Source of the DNA: Felis catus
Lineage: Eukaryota
Direction: 5' to 3'
Assembly: GCF_018350175.1 (NCBI RefSeq)
Contig: NC_058368.1
Span: 212,538,001-212,602,000, forward strand
DNA: 64,000 nt
The translations under genes and the position numbers were made by a program. This document shows, in pieces, positions 13,501-25,869 of the stretch. Below the pieces are notes generated by a model, which did no database searches, had not been told where the DNA came from, and saw nothing but the letters and a program-made list of their open reading frames with translations. How positions within the stretch are numbered: the stretch's first letter is position 1; each line of letters begins with the position of its first letter.

Positions 13501-14353
13501 CTTGGCCACAGAAACGTACTCAATACATCTCCGGCGGCAAGGGAAACAAAAGCAAAAATGAACTACTGGGACCTCATCAAAATAAAATCTGTACAGCGAA
13601 GGAAACAATCAACAAAACTAAAGGCAACCTACAGAATGGAAGAAGATATTTGCAAACGACATATCAGATAAAGGGTTAGTATCCAAAATCTATAAAGAAC
13701 TTATCAAACTCAACACCCAAAAAACAAATAATCCAGGGAAGAAATGGGCAAGAGTCTTGAATAGACACTTCTCCAAAGAAGACACCCAGATGACCAACAG
13801 ACACATAAAAAAAAATGCTCAACTTCACTCATCATCAGGGAAATACAAATCAAAACCACAATGAGATACCACCTCACACCTGTCAGAATGGCTAACATTA
13901 ACAACCCGGGCAACAACAGATGTTGGCGAGGATGCAGAGAAAGAGGATCTCTTTTGCACTGCTGGTGGGAATGCAAGCTGGTGCAGCCACTCTGGAGAAC
14001 AGTATGGAGGTTCCTCAAAAAACTAAAAATAGAACTATCCTACAACCCAGCAATTGCACTACTAGTCATTTATCCACGGGATACAGGTGTGCTATTTCGA
14101 AGGGACACATGAACCCCCATGTTTATAGCAGCACTATCAACAATAGCCAAAGTATGGAAAGAGCCCAAATGTCCATCGATGGATGAATGGATAAAGATGT
14201 GGTATACGTATATACAATGGAGTATTAATCAAAAAGAATGAAATCTTGCCATTTGCAACTACATGGATGGAACTGGAGGGTATTATGCTAAGTGAAATTA
14301 GTCAGTCAGAGAAAGACAAAAATCATATGATTGCACTCATATGAGGACTTTAA
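10541..14353 (+). pseudogene. L1 ORF2p (endonuclease / reverse transcriptase / C-terminal domain), disrupted
   Basis: EN motifs (TFSRIDHILGH, SDHNAMKLE), [10 protein letters not shown] motifs ([25 protein letters not shown] at 12629-12643) and [13 protein letters not shown], broken by stops and frameshifts. Confidence 0.95.
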
Positions 14354-14586
14354 GAGACAAAACAGATGAACATAAGGGAAGGGAAACAAAAATAATATAA
14401 AAACAGGGAGGGGGGACAAAACAGAAGAGACTCAAATATGGAAAACAACCTGAGGGTTACTGGAGGGGTTGTGGGAGGGGGGATGGGCTAAAGGGGTAAG
14501 GGGCATTAAAGAATCTACTCCTGAAATCATTGTTTCACTATATGCTAACTAATTTGGATATAAATAAAAAAAAAGAATCATCAATA

Positions 14587-16220
14587 AAATTATTGGGCAA
14601 AAGTGTCCTGATGAGAAATGAGATTTTTACATAATCTCAAAATATCTCTTCATAAAATACTTACTAATTATTTTCCTTACAAAAAGAAAAATAGTAACTT
14701 TATGGTGGACAGACCTGACATACATCACCATAACCAAGTCAACATTGCCAATACTGGGACACATATCATATTTTATGTTATTCCTGCCAAAAGTGGAAAA
14801 GTGAATTTAGTCTTGAGAAAACATCAAGCAAATGTAAATTGAGAGATATTCTACAAAATTTCAAAGTTATTAAAGACTGAAAAACTGTTCTGGAATAGAG
14901 ACATGACTCCTAAATCCAAGGTATTATCTTGAATTGGAACCTGAACCAGGAAAAAAAAGCAAAAAAACAGCAACAACAACAACAAAACATTTTTCTGTAA
15001 AGAACATTAGTGAGACAATTGGTAATATTTGAATAAGGTCTAATGATTAGATAATATTATATTATCAATGTTAGTGTCTTCATTTTGATCACTGCACTGA
15101 AGTTATTTCTGGAATGTGTTTTTTTTTAATTCAAGTTAGTTAACATACAGTGTAGTATTGGTTTCAGGAGTAAAACCCAGTGATTCATCATTTCCATATA
15201 ATACCCAGTGCTCTTCCCAACAGGAGCCCTCCTTAATGCCCATTACACATTTAGCCCATCCCCCCACTCAACACCCCTCTAGCAGCCCTCAGTTTGTTTT
15301 CTGTGTTTGAGAGTCTCTTACATTTGGCCTCCCTCTCTGTTTTTATCTAATTTTTCCTTCTCTATGTTCATCTGGTTTGTTTCTTAAATTCCACATATGA
15401 GTGAAATCATATATGTGTGTACATATATACATGTATACACACACACACACACACCACATCTTCTTTATCCATCCATCAGCTGATAGACAATTTAGCTATT
15501 GTTGATACCACTGCTACAAACATTGTGGTGCATGTGCCCCTTTGAATCAGCATTTTTATATGCTTTGGATAAATAGTAGTGCAATTGCTGGATCATAGGG
15601 TAGTTCTATTTTTAACTTTTTGAGGAACCTCCAGACTGTTTTCCAGAGTGGCTGCACTAGTTTGCATTCCCACCAATAGTGCAAAAGTGTTCCCCTTTCT
15701 CCACATCCTCATCAACATCTATTGTTTCCTGAGTTGTTAATTTTAGCCATTCTGACAGGAGTGAGGTTGTACCTCATTGTGGTTTTGATTTGTATTTCTC
15801 TGATGAAGAATGATGTTGAGTATTCTTTCATGTGTCTGTTAGCCATCAGGATGTCTTCTTTGGAAAATTGTCTATTCATGTATTTTGCCCATTTCTTCCC
15901 TGGATTGTTTGTTTTTTGGGTGTTGAGTTTGGTAAGTTCTTTATAGATTTTGGATACTAAACCCTTTATCCGAAATGTCATTTGGAAACGTCTTCTCTTA
16001 TGGAATGTCTTTAGTTTTGGGATATACATATTGATATATTTAGGGATAAAGAGATAATATAGAGGGAGGGATAGAGGAGAGGAAATGATAAAGCAAATGT
16101 GATAAGATTCTCACATTTGGGGAATCTGGGTGAAGGATATACAGGAATTTTTTGTACTATTTTTGTAATTTTTCTGTAAGTCTGAATTTGTTTCTAAATA
16201 AAAAGTTTATAATAAAAATA
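14587..16220 (+). mobile_element. Continuation of the ancient L1MC/MD-type 3' UTR, interrupted by a minus-strand L1 at ~15122-15998
   Basis: Motifs aaaatagtaactttatggtggacagacctg, catttggggaatctgggtgaaggatatacaggaatt and terminal aaataaaaagttt. Confidence 0.7.
15122..15998 (-). mobile_element. 5'-truncated carnivore L1 (ORF2 C-terminus and 3' UTR)
   Basis: Minus ORF 15712..16029 contains [11 protein letters not shown]...[13 protein letters not shown] tail at left. Approximate TSD tggaatgt[g/c]ttt at 15110-15121 and 16001-16012. Confidence 0.92.
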
Positions 16221-16224
16221 AAAC

Positions 16225-16704
16225 ACAGTCCCCAGCTTACATTTTCAACTTTATAATGGTGCAAAGGCAATATATATTCAATAGAAACCATACTTGGAAT
16301 TTTTAATTTTGATCTTTTCCTAGGCTAGTGATATGCGATAGATAACTCTCTCCTGATGCTAGGCAGCGGCAGCTCCAGCTCTCAGTCAACCTTGTGATCC
16401 TGGTAAACAACTGGTACAACTATTCTATAGCCATACAGCCATTCCATTTTTTTTTTTTACTTTCACTACAGTATTCAATAAGTTACATGAGATATTCAAT
16501 ACTTTATTACAAAATAGGCTTTGTGTTAGATGATTTTGCCCAACTGTAGGCTAATGTAAGTGTTCTGAGAAAATTTAAGGTAGACTACAGTAAGCTATGA
16601 CATTCCATAGGTTAGGTGTATTAAATGCATTTTTGATTTATGAGATTTTCAACTTACAATGGATTTATCTGGACATAACTCTAGAGTAAGTTAAGGAAGA
16701 CCTG
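16225..16704 (-). mobile_element. TcMar-Tigger MITE, MER47/Tigger5-like
   Basis: Characteristic aaaataggctttgtgttagatgattttgcccaactgtaggctaatgtaagtgttctgag. Degenerate terminal inverted repeats, right end ctg|ta. Confidence 0.8.
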
Positions 16705-16892
16705 TAATACTGTTTACTTTCAAAATCAGGACTAAGATATCTATTTAGGGATTTTAAATTTTGCTAGAACATAAGTAAGTTAAATGGATATATATAAAAT
16801 CTCCAAGTATTTTAAAACTCTTATTTATTCATGTATTTGCTCATTTTTTTAAATGATTAAGCACCAGTTGTGCTAAATATAAGGCACAGAGG

Positions 16893-17106
16893 TTTTTTTT
16901 TTTCAATTTTTAATGTTTATTTTGGAGAGAGAGACACAGAGTGTGAGTAGGGTAGGGACACAGAGAGAGACACACAGAATCTGATGCAGACTCCAGGCTC
17001 TGAGCTGTCAGCACAGAGCCTGATGCAGGGCGTGAACTTAAAAATCATGAGATCATGACCTGAGCCAAAGTCAGACGCTTAACCAACTGAGCCACCCAGG
17101 CATCCC
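16893..17106 (-). mobile_element. CAN-SINE within an L2 remnant
   Basis: SINE body ending gccacccaggcatccc. TSD taagg[c/t]acagag at 16880-16891 and 17107-17118. Confidence 0.94.
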
Positions 17107-17882
17107 TAAGGTACAGAGTTTATAATTAATATAGACAAGTCTCCTAGCACTCATGGAGCTTATATTTGTGCGTTCAGGCGGACAAAATAAAAATAAAAGG
17201 AAACAAATGTCATAACTTCTATTAGGAATATTGTTATGAAGGAAATAAAATGAGGTGGTATGATGGTGTAGTGGCAGAGATGTATACATGGAGTTAATTG
17301 GGAAAAACCTTGCTGAGACAGACATGTGTAAAATGATACCTAAATAATGAGAAAGAGTCAGTTCTTGAAGAGCTAAGAGAATACCTCATAAAGGAATGCC
17401 TTAGATTTATAACAGATGAAAAGTGGACACTGTATTAGTAACCATTTCTTCTCTAGAAATCATATATAGCTCAATGCCAACTAAACAATTACATAACAAG
17501 CTACTGAAATATGAGAAGTATAGAATATAATTGAAATGATTTAATTATAATACTTTAATATATAATTAAAATATATGGAATCTGTTCTTTATATGACTAT
17601 GTAGCTAGGTTTCATATGCAAATTGCTAGAATTTTCCAACTATCGATTTTATCTGTTACAAGGGCAGCAAGTGAATAATCTCTAATGCTTCTTACACATT
17701 CAATATTTATGACTTTACAATCTGTGAAATCTCAATATTTATGATTTTATAATGTATTTACATAAATATACATATAAATAGATTCAAGTTGATGATAATA
17801 AATGATGTTTTATAATCTTCCATTGCTAGCTATGAGTAGTCTCTGGGCTAGACCATACTTAGATCTTTAATAAGAAGAAGGG

Positions 17883-18105
17883 GGGGCGCCTGTGTGGCTC
17901 AGTTGGTTGAGCGTCCGACCTCAGCTCAGGTCATGATCTCACGGTTCGTGAGTTCGAGCACCACATCAGGCTGTGTGCACACAGCTCAGAACTTGGCGCC
18001 TGCTTCAGATTCTGTGTCTCCCTCTCTCTCTGCCCCTCCCCTGCTCATGCTCTGTCTCTCTCTGTCTCAAAAATAAATAAAACATTAAAAAAATTTTTTT
18101 AAAAA
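17883..18105 (+). mobile_element. CAN-SINE
   Basis: ggggcgcctgtgtggctcagttggttgagcgtccgac head, CT tract, aaataaataaaacatt tail. Confidence 0.95.
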
Positions 18106-18399
18106 AGAAAGAAGTGGTATTTCCAGGACACCAAGAAACAAAAACTCATCAAAGGGCTTCATAAACTCTTATATTTCATATTAAATTTAATATTCAAACA
18201 GTATTTTAGACTTCAACAATACTCTCCCTTTTCACTCTTAATTGATGACTGTATATCTAACTTAATGGGAAAAATATAAAAATTCAAATGTGACTCTCTA
18301 TACACTCCCAACAGCAAACATGCCAGCTTATTAAAATCTGTGCCAATATTCTCTGCTTTAACTCCTGTTACAGTGAATTAAATGTCCCTGCTTCTATCT

Positions 18400-18901
18400 A
18401 CTCTCTTAGCAACTTCCAAATATACAATACAGTATCATTAACTGTATTAATCATGTTGCACATTATATCACTAGAACTTATTTACCTTATAACTGTAAGT
18501 TTGTACCTTTTGATCACCTTCACCCATTTCCCTCACTTTCACCCTCTACCTCTGGCAACCACCAATCTGTTCTCTGTTATTGTGAGTTTCTGTTTAGATT
18601 CCCATGAGATCATGCAGCATTTATTTTTCTCTGTCTGTTTGACCTAGCATAATGCCCTCAAGCTCCATCCATGTCTTTACGGACAGCAAGATTTCCTTTT
18701 TTTAAGAGATAATATTCCACTGTATGTATGTGTGTATGTGTATATATACACATATATATAGCACATTTTTTGTATCCATTCATCCGCTGATGGACACTCA
18801 GGCTGTTTTCATGTCTTGGCTATTTTAATAATGCTGCAATATCTTTTCAAGACTGTGATTTCATTTCCTTCAGATATATCCAGAAGTGGAATTGCTGGAC
18901 T
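18400..18901 (-). mobile_element. Older L1 (L1MA/MB-like) 3' fragment
   Basis: ctctggcaaccaccaatctgttctctg and ttgtatccattcatccgctgatggacac are reverse-strand L1 3' motifs. Confidence 0.82.
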
Positions 18902-19137
18902 GTAATTGGTGAGCATCTTAAGGGAAGAAACCATAGGTTACTTTTCTTGATATTACTACTGCATAGCGTAATTCTTGATAACTAATTAGTAGACAGTCAA
19001 CAAATATTTAATTAATTAGACTGACTTAAATCCACAGGCATTAAGATATGGAAGAATATTAACTCACTTCCCCCCATAGTCATATAACACAATACACATG
19101 AGGAAAGGAAGAACTCTTCTATTATTAAATTCTCATC

Positions 19138-19359
19138 GGGGCGCCTGGGTGGCGCAGTCGGTTAAGCGTCCGACTTCAGCCAGGTCACGATCTCACAGTC
19201 TGTGAGTTCGAGCCCCGCGTCAGGCTCTGGGCTGATGGCTCGGAGCCTGGAGCCTGTTTCCGATTCTGTGTCTCCCTCTCTCTGTCCCTCCCCCGTTCAT
19301 TCTCTGTCTCTCTCTGTCCCAAAAATAAATAAAAAACGTTGAAAAAAAATTTTTTTTAA
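19138..19359 (+). mobile_element. Young CAN-SINE (SINEC_Fc type)
   Basis: CpG-retaining body; perfect TSD aaattctcatc at 19127-19137 and 19360-19370. Confidence 0.97.
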
Positions 19360-19934
19360 AAATTCTCATCATATATCTTTAGGCTTTCTTCTTAAGACAT
19401 GTGCTTATAAAGCCTTTAAGCTGACTTAGTATATTGTTTGCTGAAAGAATATGGGAGCTAGCAGGAATTTCCCCTCAGTAGGTGGACTCCCCAGCGTGTA
19501 GCAGGTAATGTAGTGCCTGACAGAATGCAAATGAAACTATGGGTATGGCTATGTTTTCAGAGCCAGTGGACACTAAGAGGGTAGAATGTGGTCAGTTAAT
19601 TTGAAATGCATGGTAATGTGTTGATTCAAGTGAAAGATAAGCCTGCTTTCATAAATAGTCCTTCTCTCCCCAGTAAATAGGCTAGAAGAGATGATTTTCT
19701 GACAGGAATGAGACTTCAGAACTGGGGCACTCCTAAATGAAGGGGCCTATTTAGTTAATTATGGGGCCACCTTGTGAATGTGCTCCTAGAGGCTAGAAAT
19801 GAATACTATCCTTTGTGCTAAAGGACCAGTAGGTGATGGTGTCAGCCAGCTTCAGTCCTGTTTGTGAAGAGCCCACACTTCCTTGGATAATCAGCTCAAC
19901 TCTTAGGCCTATTTAATAATTAGAGAACCCACAT

Positions 19935-19990
19935 GTTGAGCGTCCGACTTCGGCTCAGGTCATGATCTCACGTGGGGCTCGAGCTAACAA
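19935..19990. mobile_element. 56-bp CAN-SINE fragment with an inverted segment
   Basis: gttgagcgtccgacttcggctcaggtcatgatctca (+) joined to cgtggggctcgagctaacaa, the reverse complement of the next SINE segment. Confidence 0.8.
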
Positions 19991-20582
19991 GGAGTAGTAG
20001 AGAGCAACGGAAGGGGGTGACTTTTTTCATACCTTTCAAAAGAGAATTTTCGTGAGTATATGTATGTTCTGGATTGCAAGTCTGACTTATGTCCTGAGGC
20101 ATGGGAGGGCCCTGCTCCAGGGTATCCAAACTCATATTCTAGTTCAGCATGTGGCATTCTAGCTCTGTGTTCTGTTCACAAATTTTAAGGAAATAGTACA
20201 ACCCAAAATTTCTACAGGACTTGACATGTCCTGTAGAAAATTCCTTGTGTAGAACACATAAAATCAATTGAAGGAGTGACATTGGTGGAGTACCTAGTAA
20301 TTTCTTTTTAATTCATTCATTACATTTTACTCAATACTTACTAAATGCTGGTAAGAATCTCCATTGTATTTATATCCAGTTCTCAATTTCTGTTGATTGT
20401 ACTTCTTAAGGTAAAAAATGCTTGACATAGAGTCAAAATACCTACATTTGAATTCACATTTATGTGAATGCATATTTATGTAATCTTAGATTCTTTATGT
20501 GTAAAATCATATCTATTTCCCAAGGATGATGTGAAGAAAGAAACGTGTTAATATAGGTTAGGCATGTAGATCAGTGACTGGC

Positions 20583-22274
20583 ACCACTGTTGTTTAACAT
20601 AGTGTGGGAAGTTTTAGCCTCAGCAATCAGACAACAAAATGAAATAAAAGGCATCCAGGTTGGCAAAGAAGAAGTTAAACTCACTTTTTGCAGATAACAT
20701 GATATTCTACATGGAAAACCTGAAAGACTACACCAAAAACCTGCTAGTACTGATCCATGAATTCAGCAAAGCCACAGGATATAAAATCAATGTACAGAAA
20801 TTGGCTACATTTCTATATACCAATAATGAAGCAATAGAAAGAGATATCAAGAAATTGATCCCATTTACAGCTGCACAAAGAACCATAAAATACCTAGGAA
20901 TAAACCTAAGAGGTAAAAGATCTATGTGCTGAGAATTATAGAAAATTTATGAAATAAATTGAAGAAGACACAAAGAAATGGAAAAACATTCCATGCTTAT
21001 GGATAGGAAGAACAAATATTGTCAAAATGTCAATACAACCCAAAGCAATCTACACATTCAATACAATACCAATCAAAATAGCATTCTTCTCAGGGCTGGA
21101 ACAAACAATCCTAAAATTTGTACGGAACCACAAAAGAGTCCAGATAGCCAAAGTAATGTTGAAAAAGAAAACCAAAGCTGGAGGCATCACAATCCCAGAC
21201 TTTAGCCTGGACTACAAAGCTGTAATTATCAAGACAATATGGTACTGGCACAAAAACAGACACATAGACCAATGGAACACAATAGAGAATGCAGAATTGG
21301 ACCCACAAATGTATGGCCAATGAATCTTTGACAAAGCAGGAAAGAGTATCCAAAGGAAAAGAGACAGCCTCTTTAGCATATGGTGCTGGGAGAACTAGAC
21401 AGCAACATACAGAAGAATGAAACTGGACCACTTTCTTACAACATACACAAAAAATAAATTAAAATGAATGAAAAACCTAAATGTGAGACAGGAAACTGTC
21501 AAAATCCTAGAGGATAAAACAGGCAACAACCTCTTTGACTTCAGCCACAGCAACTTTATACTCAACACCTCTCCAAAGTCAAGTGAAATAAAAGCAAAAA
21601 TGAACTTTTGGGACCTCATCAAGATAAAAGGCTTATGCACAGCAAAGGAAACAATCAACAAAACTAAAAGGCAGCCAGTGGAATTGGAGAAAATATTTGC
21701 AAATGATACATCAGATAAAGGGTTAGTATCCAAAGTCTATAAAGAACTTAACCAAACTCAACACTTGAAAAAAACAAATAATCCAGTGAAGAAATGGGCA
21801 GAAGATGTGAATAGATACTTTTTCAAAGAAGACATCCAGATGACTAAAAGACACATGAAAAGATGCTCAACATCACTCATCATCAGGGAAATACAAATCA
21901 AAACCACACTGAGACACCAACTTAAATCAGTCAGAGTAGCTGAAATTAAAAACTCAGGAAACAGATTGTTGGTGAGGATGTGGAGAAAGGGGAACCCTCT
22001 TGCACTGTTGGTAGGAATGCAAACTGGTGGAGGAACTCTGTAAAACAGTGTGGAGGTTCCTGAAAAAATTAAAAATAGAACTACCCTACAACCCAGTAAT
22101 AACACTATTAGGAATTTATCCAAAGGATAGAGGAGTGATGGTTCATAGGGGGACATGCACCCCGATGTTATTAGCAGCACTATCAACAATAGCCAAGGTA
22201 TGGAAAGAGCCCAAATATCCATAAACTGATGAATGGATAAAGAAGATGTACAACACATCTTCTACATCTATCTG

Positions 22275-22306
<32 letters not shown>

Positions 22307-22738
22307 CCTATCTATCTATATAATGGAATACTACTTGGAAATGAAAAAGAATGAAATCTTGCCATTTGCAACAATGTGGATGGAACTGGAAGGTATTCTA
22401 CTAAGCGAAATAAGTCAGTCAGAGAAAGACAGATAGCATATGTTCTCACTCATATGTGAAATTTGAGAAACTTAACAGAAGGCCATGGGGGAGGGAAGGA
22501 AAAAAACTGAGTGGGAGTCAAACCATAAGAACTCTTAAATACAGAGAACAAACTAAGGGTTGATGGAGAAGGGGCAGGGAGGAGGGGGAAATGAGTGATG
22601 GGCATTGAGGAGGGCACTTGGGATGAGCACCGGGTGTTGTTTGTAAAGTGATGAATAATGAGAATCTACTCCCGAAGCCAAGAGCACACTGTATACTCTG
22701 TACATTAGCTAACTTGACAATAAATTATATTAAAAAAA
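20583..22738 (+). mobile_element. 5'-truncated felid L1 (late RT domain to 3' UTR), disrupted
   Basis: [29 protein letters not shown] and ORF 21468..22043. 3' UTR with A tail; (TATC)n at ~22268-22320. Confidence 0.95.
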
Positions 22739-22740
22739 GA

Positions 22741-22866
22741 AATATGTGAAGGAGATTGGAGTACACTTATTGTGATGAGCACTGAGTAATATATAGAGTA
22801 ATGTATAGTAGTATCAACTCATTATATTGTACACCTGAAACTGATATAACACAACACTATGTGTTA
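22741..22866 (+). mobile_element. Older carnivore L1 3' UTR terminal fragment
   Basis: gtacacttattgtgatgagcactgagtaat...ttatattgtacacctgaaactgatataacac. Confidence 0.8.
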
Positions 22867-23078
22867 ATTTTTTTAAATGTCTATTTACTTTTGAGAGAGA
22901 GACACAGAGCCCGAGTTAAGGAGTGGCAGAGAGAGAGAGGGAGACACAGAATCCGAAGCAGGCTCCAGGCTCTAAGCTGTCAGGACAGAGCCTGATGCAG
23001 GTCTTAAGCCCATGAACCGTGAGATCATGACTTAAGCTGAAGTCGAGTGCTCAACCGACTGAGCCACCCAGGTGCCCC
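22867..23078 (-). mobile_element. CAN-SINE
   Basis: Ends gagccacccaggtgcccc; GA tract; T tail at left. No clear TSD. Confidence 0.93.
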
Positions 23079-23751
23079 TTCCTCAGTGATTTTTAAGTGA
23101 GAGTGGCAACTGCCATCAGGACTTGGGATAGATTTGGATTTTACAAGTGGACATTAGACCTCCCACCTGGCTACCTATATAGACCTGCCTCATTAACCCC
23201 ACAATAATATGATCTCAAATTGTATGTGGTTGAAATTATTCAACCCATTTGTTGTGCTGTGGCAGAGTTTCACTAATACTATATAATTTAAGAAAAGTTG
23301 TTATTTACAAACTTGATCTGAAAATTAATAGTTCGACTATATTTAAACAATTATAAAAAATAATGTAAATATGCCTTTCACAACTGCAACTATAAGAAAA
23401 TAACAAGCAATAAATTTATTCTATAAGAAGAAAATTAAAATGCTTTAATTTTCTTCTTCAATTAGTAAAAATACATGTCTTGTTTAGGAAAGAAAAGTCT
23501 TGATATTGTGAGGATGTCAATTCACATTAAATTAATCTATAAATTTAATACATGCTGAATAAAACACTACTAAATGACTTGAGATATTTTATATTTTGTA
23601 CATGGGGTGGGGGATTTAACAAAATGATTCGAAACCCAGGTGTCACTTGGAATTTCCTCAACCTGTGAGACATTCTTAGGACTGCCTTCACCTCTGTAAT
23701 TTCATAATCTAAGAAAGTCTTAAACCCTTCATAAGAGTTCTGTAAATCTCT

Positions 23752-23966
23752 GGGGCGCCTGGGTGGCGCAGTCGGTTAAGCATCCGACTTCAGCCAGGTC
23801 ACGATCTCGCGGTCCGTGAGTTCAAGCCCCGCGTCGGGCTCTGGGCTGATGGCTCAGAGCCTGGAGCCTGTTTCCGATTCTGTGTCTCCCTCTCTCTCTG
23901 CCCCTCCCCCGTTCATGCTCTGTCTCTCTCTGTCCCCCCAAAAATAAATAAACGTTGAAAAAAAAA
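23752..23966 (+). mobile_element. Young CAN-SINE (SINEC_Fc type)
   Basis: Near-consensus body; perfect 19-bp TSD aagagttctgtaaatctct at 23733-23751 and 23967-23985. Confidence 0.97.
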
Positions 23967-24605
23967 AAGAGTTCTGTAAATCTCTGGGATCTATATCCCA
24001 TGACCTTTTTGCTTTGGGGCTCTTTGAGTAATTTTTTTTTCCCGCAGCTTACTGATCTCACTTTGATACTCAGCTCCTCTTTAGTTTCTACAGCTGAAAC
24101 GGTCTCTTTAAGAATTTGTATATTTGGCAGACTTAAACTAAAATCAGAAGAAGAGCATGCAGAGAAGGATTTTATATCCCACCAATAGAAATGCTTTCTA
24201 TTCAGTCCCTCGCAGATTGAATTTTCCCTCCAAGTCCACAATCTTCTTCTGTGCTATACAGTAGGAACCTTCTTTTCTGATGTCTTGGTGCCTTGCAGTG
24301 GCTCAAGTATCTCTTAGGAAATTTATTAAGGCATTTCTCCAAAGCACTGAATATCTCTCTTAAGTAAAAATTCTGTATATAAAAATTTTACTTTACTATG
24401 GATTGTTCAATACATACCAAAAATCTGAAAACTCTGGGGGGGGGGGGAAGGGTAATGGTCTAATCTTACGTGATATAGAGACTAAGTCTATGTTAATTAG
24501 AACAGAATAGCACTGGCACAGGAAAAACTCACAGTGAGAACGAGGAAAATGCGAGAATCTAGATATGAAGAATCCACTGGGATTGATGGTATCATATTGA
24601 GGAGT

Positions 24606-25125
24606 CTGGCAGAGACCACCACTTTACCCCTAATAGTCTTTTGTTGACTTTTCCCAGAGCTCAGCCGTTTTTAGGTGGGCACATGCATGCTCAAAATGAA
24701 CAATACCTTTTGCAGCATCTTTTACAAATACGTCTAGCCAAGAGATTAAGTTTTAGCCAATGAAATTTAAGCTGAAGTGTTATGTAACAACTTTGGGAAA
24801 CTGCCTTAAAAGTCAATTTGTGTTTCACCCTTTTCTTGTTTTCTTCTTCATCCTATTCTTCATCCTGTTGCTTAGCATACAAATGAAACCTATGTGAATC
24901 AGATAGCACCACATTTTGACTCACATTTGATTTGGACCCAAAAGCCCCACATTTTAGAGATAGTACATCAGTGAGACAGTGTGTGTCTCTGGGGGATTTA
25001 ATGGATTAGAGCCACTATAGAAACCCCAGACTACTGGCCTCCACTGCAACAGAAAAATATACTTTTTTCTTGTGTATGACACTTTTATGTTTAGTATCTA
25101 AGTCACAGGTAAACCTAATCCTGAT
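24606..25125 (+). mobile_element. Old MaLR LTR (MLT1I/J-like)
   Basis: ttaagttttagccaatgaaatttaagctgaagtgttatg, gagccactatag, terminal aaacctaatcctga. Confidence 0.68.
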
Positions 25126-25166
25126 TTGGGTGATGAGTACCATCAGTGGGTAAAAAGATGGATTAT

Positions 25167-25365
25167 GGTGGTGCCTGGTGGGTCAGTCAGTTAAACATCT
25201 GACTCTTGGTTTCAGCTCAGGTCATAATCTTACAGTTTTGTGGCTGTGAACCCCACATTGGGCTCTGCACAGGGGCTGCTTGGGATTCTCTGTCTCCTTC
25301 TGTGCCCCTCCCCTACTCGCACTGTCTCTGTCTTTCCCAAAATTAATAAACTTAAAAAAAAAGAG
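25167..25365 (+). mobile_element. Older, shorter CAN-SINE
   Basis: Degenerate head gtgcctggtgggtcagtcagttaaacatctgactcttggtttcagctcaggtcat. TSD agatggattat at 25156-25166 and 25366-25376. Confidence 0.9.
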
Positions 25366-25869
25366 AGATGGATTATCCAGGAGGTGGTATGAGAGAAACT
25401 AGCTATGTATATAGGAAAAGGCCTTGCTACTCCAGTGCTCAAATCTAAATCTAGATAAATCAAAATTTTGAGCTTCAAAATTTAAAAACCCCCAAATATG
25501 AGAAAGTAAATGAGACTATTTTATTTCTTGAAATGAGGTAGGGCCTTCTATGTAGAATGGGAAACAAAAAATTCATAAAGGAAAATAATGAATTTGAATA
25601 CATATGTTAAAAATTTGTAGGCTTCTGTAGGGAAATATACATACATACTCTACAAGTAAAATAAATGGATAAAGAATGAATGTAAAATATCTTCAATATA
25701 CAGGACAAAGGACTAATTTCTTAAATGTACAAGGAAAGATGAGCAATCTAAATAGATAATAAATAAAAGCTATGAACAGAGAGTCTGTAATAAACAGTCT
25801 GTAACCATTTAAAATATATTGTTTACTTTCATTCATAATGAAATTGATAAAAAAAAATCAAAGATACTG

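Larger units (their letters stand above)
7329..14572 (+). mobile_element. Full-length, disabled felid/carnivore LINE-1 (copy A)
   Basis: Starts gggggagccaagatggc; has 5' UTR, ORF1, ORF2, G-rich 3' UTR and A tail. Perfect 14-bp TSD aagaatcatcaata at 7315-7328 and 14573-14586, at a tt|aaga L1 endonuclease-type site. Confidence 0.97.

Noticed and set aside
9597..14186. ORF-track proteins with endonuclease and reverse-transcriptase motifs as a novel RT system
   Set aside because: They are fragments of ordinary, disabled LINE-1 ORF1/ORF2; the same holds for 20660-22436, 28621-32441 and 34301-36409.
17883..18105. tRNA-like A/B boxes in SINE heads as tRNA genes
   Set aside because: CAN-SINEs are tRNA-derived; each has the CT tract, A tail and usually a TSD, and none forms a complete tRNA.
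20209..20239. 12-bp perfect inverted repeat (tttctacaggac / gtcctgtagaaa) as a terminator or miRNA hairpin
   Set aside because: Too short for a pre-miRNA and has no supporting context; likely a local inverted duplication.
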